Shown here: positions 62,865 to 64,000 of the stretch, piece after piece
Layout of the letters: every line of letters begins with the position of its first letter
Position numbering within the stretch: position 1 is the stretch's first letter
Assembly: GCA_934661005.1 (NCBI GenBank)
Contig: CAKUIK010000003.1
Location: 998-64,997, forward strand
Length of the DNA stretch: 64,000 bases
From: an uncultured Slackia sp.
GTDB lineage: Bacteria > Actinomycetota > Coriobacteriia > Coriobacteriales > Eggerthellaceae
Direction: 5' to 3'
Notes under the pieces: generated by a model
The model's database searches: none
What the model was told of the DNA's origin: nothing
What the model saw: only the letters and a program-made list of their open reading frames with translations
Translations under genes and position numbers: made by a program

Positions 62865-63434
62865 ATGAATAAGAAGAAAACGCTTGTACTGGTGGCGCAT
62901 CCTCATCTTGCCGACGGGTCGCGCGTGAATGCGCGATGGGCGCGCGAGCTTCAAAAGCACCCGGAATCGATCGAAGTGCGCGATTTGGCCGCCGAGATTG
63001 CCGCGAACGACGGAATCATCGATGCCGACGCGTGGCACGCGGCGCTCGAGGCCCATGATACGATCGTATTCCAATTCCCGGTGTACTGGTACAGCTGTCC
63101 TCCTGTGTTGCGCGCATGGGAAGACGAGGTGTATACGTTCGGCTGGTCGCATGGCGGCGAGCGAGTGTTGCCGGGCGAGCCGGGCAGGAAGATGGCTGGC
63201 AAGAAAATTGCCTATGCCGTGAGTGCGGGCGACGCCGAGGAACATTATGACGCGGCGGGCCCCGTTGGCTTCGGCGTGGCGCAGGTGCTCGCTCCGTTCC
63301 ATGCGACGGCGAACTACCTCGACGCGACGTATGTCGATGCGCCGTGGACACTCTTTGGCGCCGAGGCCGACTTGAGCGACGAGGAGCTTGACCGCAATGC
63401 CGAAGGCTATGCGGAATGGGTTTTGTCGCTGTAG
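62865..63434 (+). CDS. Flavodoxin-like fold NAD(P)H oxidoreductase (KefF/general stress protein 14 family)
   Basis: KKTLVLVAHPHLADGSRVN...HDTIVFQFPVYWYSCPPVLRAWEDEV. Confidence 0.8.
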   Translation: MNKKKTLVLVAHPHLADGSRVNARWARELQKHPESIEVRDLAAEIAANDGIIDADAWHAALEAHDTIVFQFPVYWYSCPPVLRAWEDEVYTFGWSHGGERVLPGEPGRKMAGKKIAYAVSAGDAEEHYDAAGPVGFGVAQVLAPFHATANYLDATYVDAPWTLFGAEADLSDEELDRNAEGYAEWVLSL

Positions 63435-63509
63435 CGCTCGGCTCGAATGGGGGACTCGCGAAAGCGCGTCTCGATTCCGTGAAACTCTCGAATCTTCACA
63501 GCTTCTCCC

Positions 63510-63540
63510 TTGCAATGCAGGGTAGGGGCTGTGGTATTAT
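63510..63540 (+). promoter_or_regulatory. Candidate promoter for rpmE
   Basis: TTGCAA-19 nt-TATTAT with TGn extended -10. Followed by hairpin CCTTGGT-cggaa-ACCAAGG in the leader. Confidence 0.3.
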
Positions 63541-63599
63541 TCGAGGGCTGTGTCCTGCCTTGGTCGGAAACCAAGGCACTCTGTCAAAGGAGAATACCA

Positions 63600-64000
63600 A
63601 TGAAGCAGGGAATTCATCCCGAATACGTTGAGTGCACCGTTAAGTGCACCTGCGGCAACGTCTTCACCACCCGCTCCACCAAGAGCGAGCTGAAGATTGA
63701 CATCTGCAACAAGTGCCATCCGTTCTTCACCGGCACCCAGAAGCTCATCGACACCGGTGGACGCGTCCAGCGCTTCGCCGACAAGTTCGGCTCTGCCGCC
63801 GACATGGTCGCTAAGGCCGAGGCCGAGAAGAAGGCCGCCAAGGCTGCGAAGGCTGCCGAGCTCGAGGCTGCCAAGAAGGCTGAGCGCGAAGCCAAGGCTG
63901 CCGAGAAGGCTAAGCGTGCTGCCGAGTACGCCAAGAAGGCTGAAGCTGAAGCTGCTAAGGCTGCCGCTGAGGCTCCTGCCGAGGAAGCTGCTCCCGCTGA
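63600..64000 (+). CDS. rpmE: 50S ribosomal protein L31 (Cys4 type) with long Ala/Lys/Glu-rich C-terminal extension; 3' end beyond the window
   Basis: Not in the track because there is no stop in the window. [75 protein letters not shown], then [39 protein letters not shown]... Confidence 0.9.
   Translation, partial: MKQGIHPEYVECTVKCTCGNVFTTRSTKSELKIDICNKCHPFFTGTQKLIDTGGRVQRFADKFGSAADMVAKAEAEKKAAKAAKAAELEAAKKAEREAKAAEKAKRAAEYAKKAEAEAAKAAAEAPAEEAAPA

Noticed and set aside
1-64000. Search for tRNA, rRNA, tmRNA, RNase P or SRP RNA genes in the larger intergenic regions (6.3-7.2, 12.9-13.3, 31.1-31.6, 45.2-45.5, 55.4-55.7, 58.6-58.9 kb)
   Set aside because: No cloverleaf-compatible GTTCGAATC-type T-arm strings or other hallmark motifs were recognised by eye. 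tRNAscan-SE or Infernal would be needed to be certain.

Overview
GC-rich chromosomal segment. Gene content and protein sequences look like Coriobacteriia (Eggerthellaceae-like); this taxonomic call is an inference. The backbone is housekeeping: a partial AOR-family gene and a Psr/Phs-like molybdopterin reductase locus (1-6.2 kb); mntP; asp23-nusB-xseB-dxs-tlyA; cydAB; a YtrA-type GntR/ABC operon; nfo; metH; an MFS pump; topA. A rearranged ribosomal-protein cluster follows (rplB to rpmD, then rplO-secY, then adk, 31.6-48.2 kb). It is interrupted by a Na+/dicarboxylate-type symporter and by a panG-like/panBCD/coaB/coaX block. After that come a cell-envelope glycosylation module, sppA, metG and rpmE. 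Accessory content: three toxin-antitoxin loci (an orphan RelB/DinJ antitoxin, HicAB, HigBA), a visibly AT-richer 4.8-kb island inserted into the adk terminator, and several families of MITE-like or structured intergenic repeats. The most interesting locus is a minus-strand array at 18.5-22.1 kb. It encodes a 75-aa peptide with six tandem C-x3-[D/E] motifs, then a PNPOx-like/ferredoxin fusion, then an RRE-less radical SAM/SPASM enzyme. That enzyme is translationally coupled to a macrodomain hydrolase and a SirTM-type sirtuin, and the sirtuin carries an in-frame TAG. I recognised no rRNA, tRNA, CRISPR array, transposase or integrase. Many long ORFs in the track are antisense shadows typical of GC-rich DNA and are not called.
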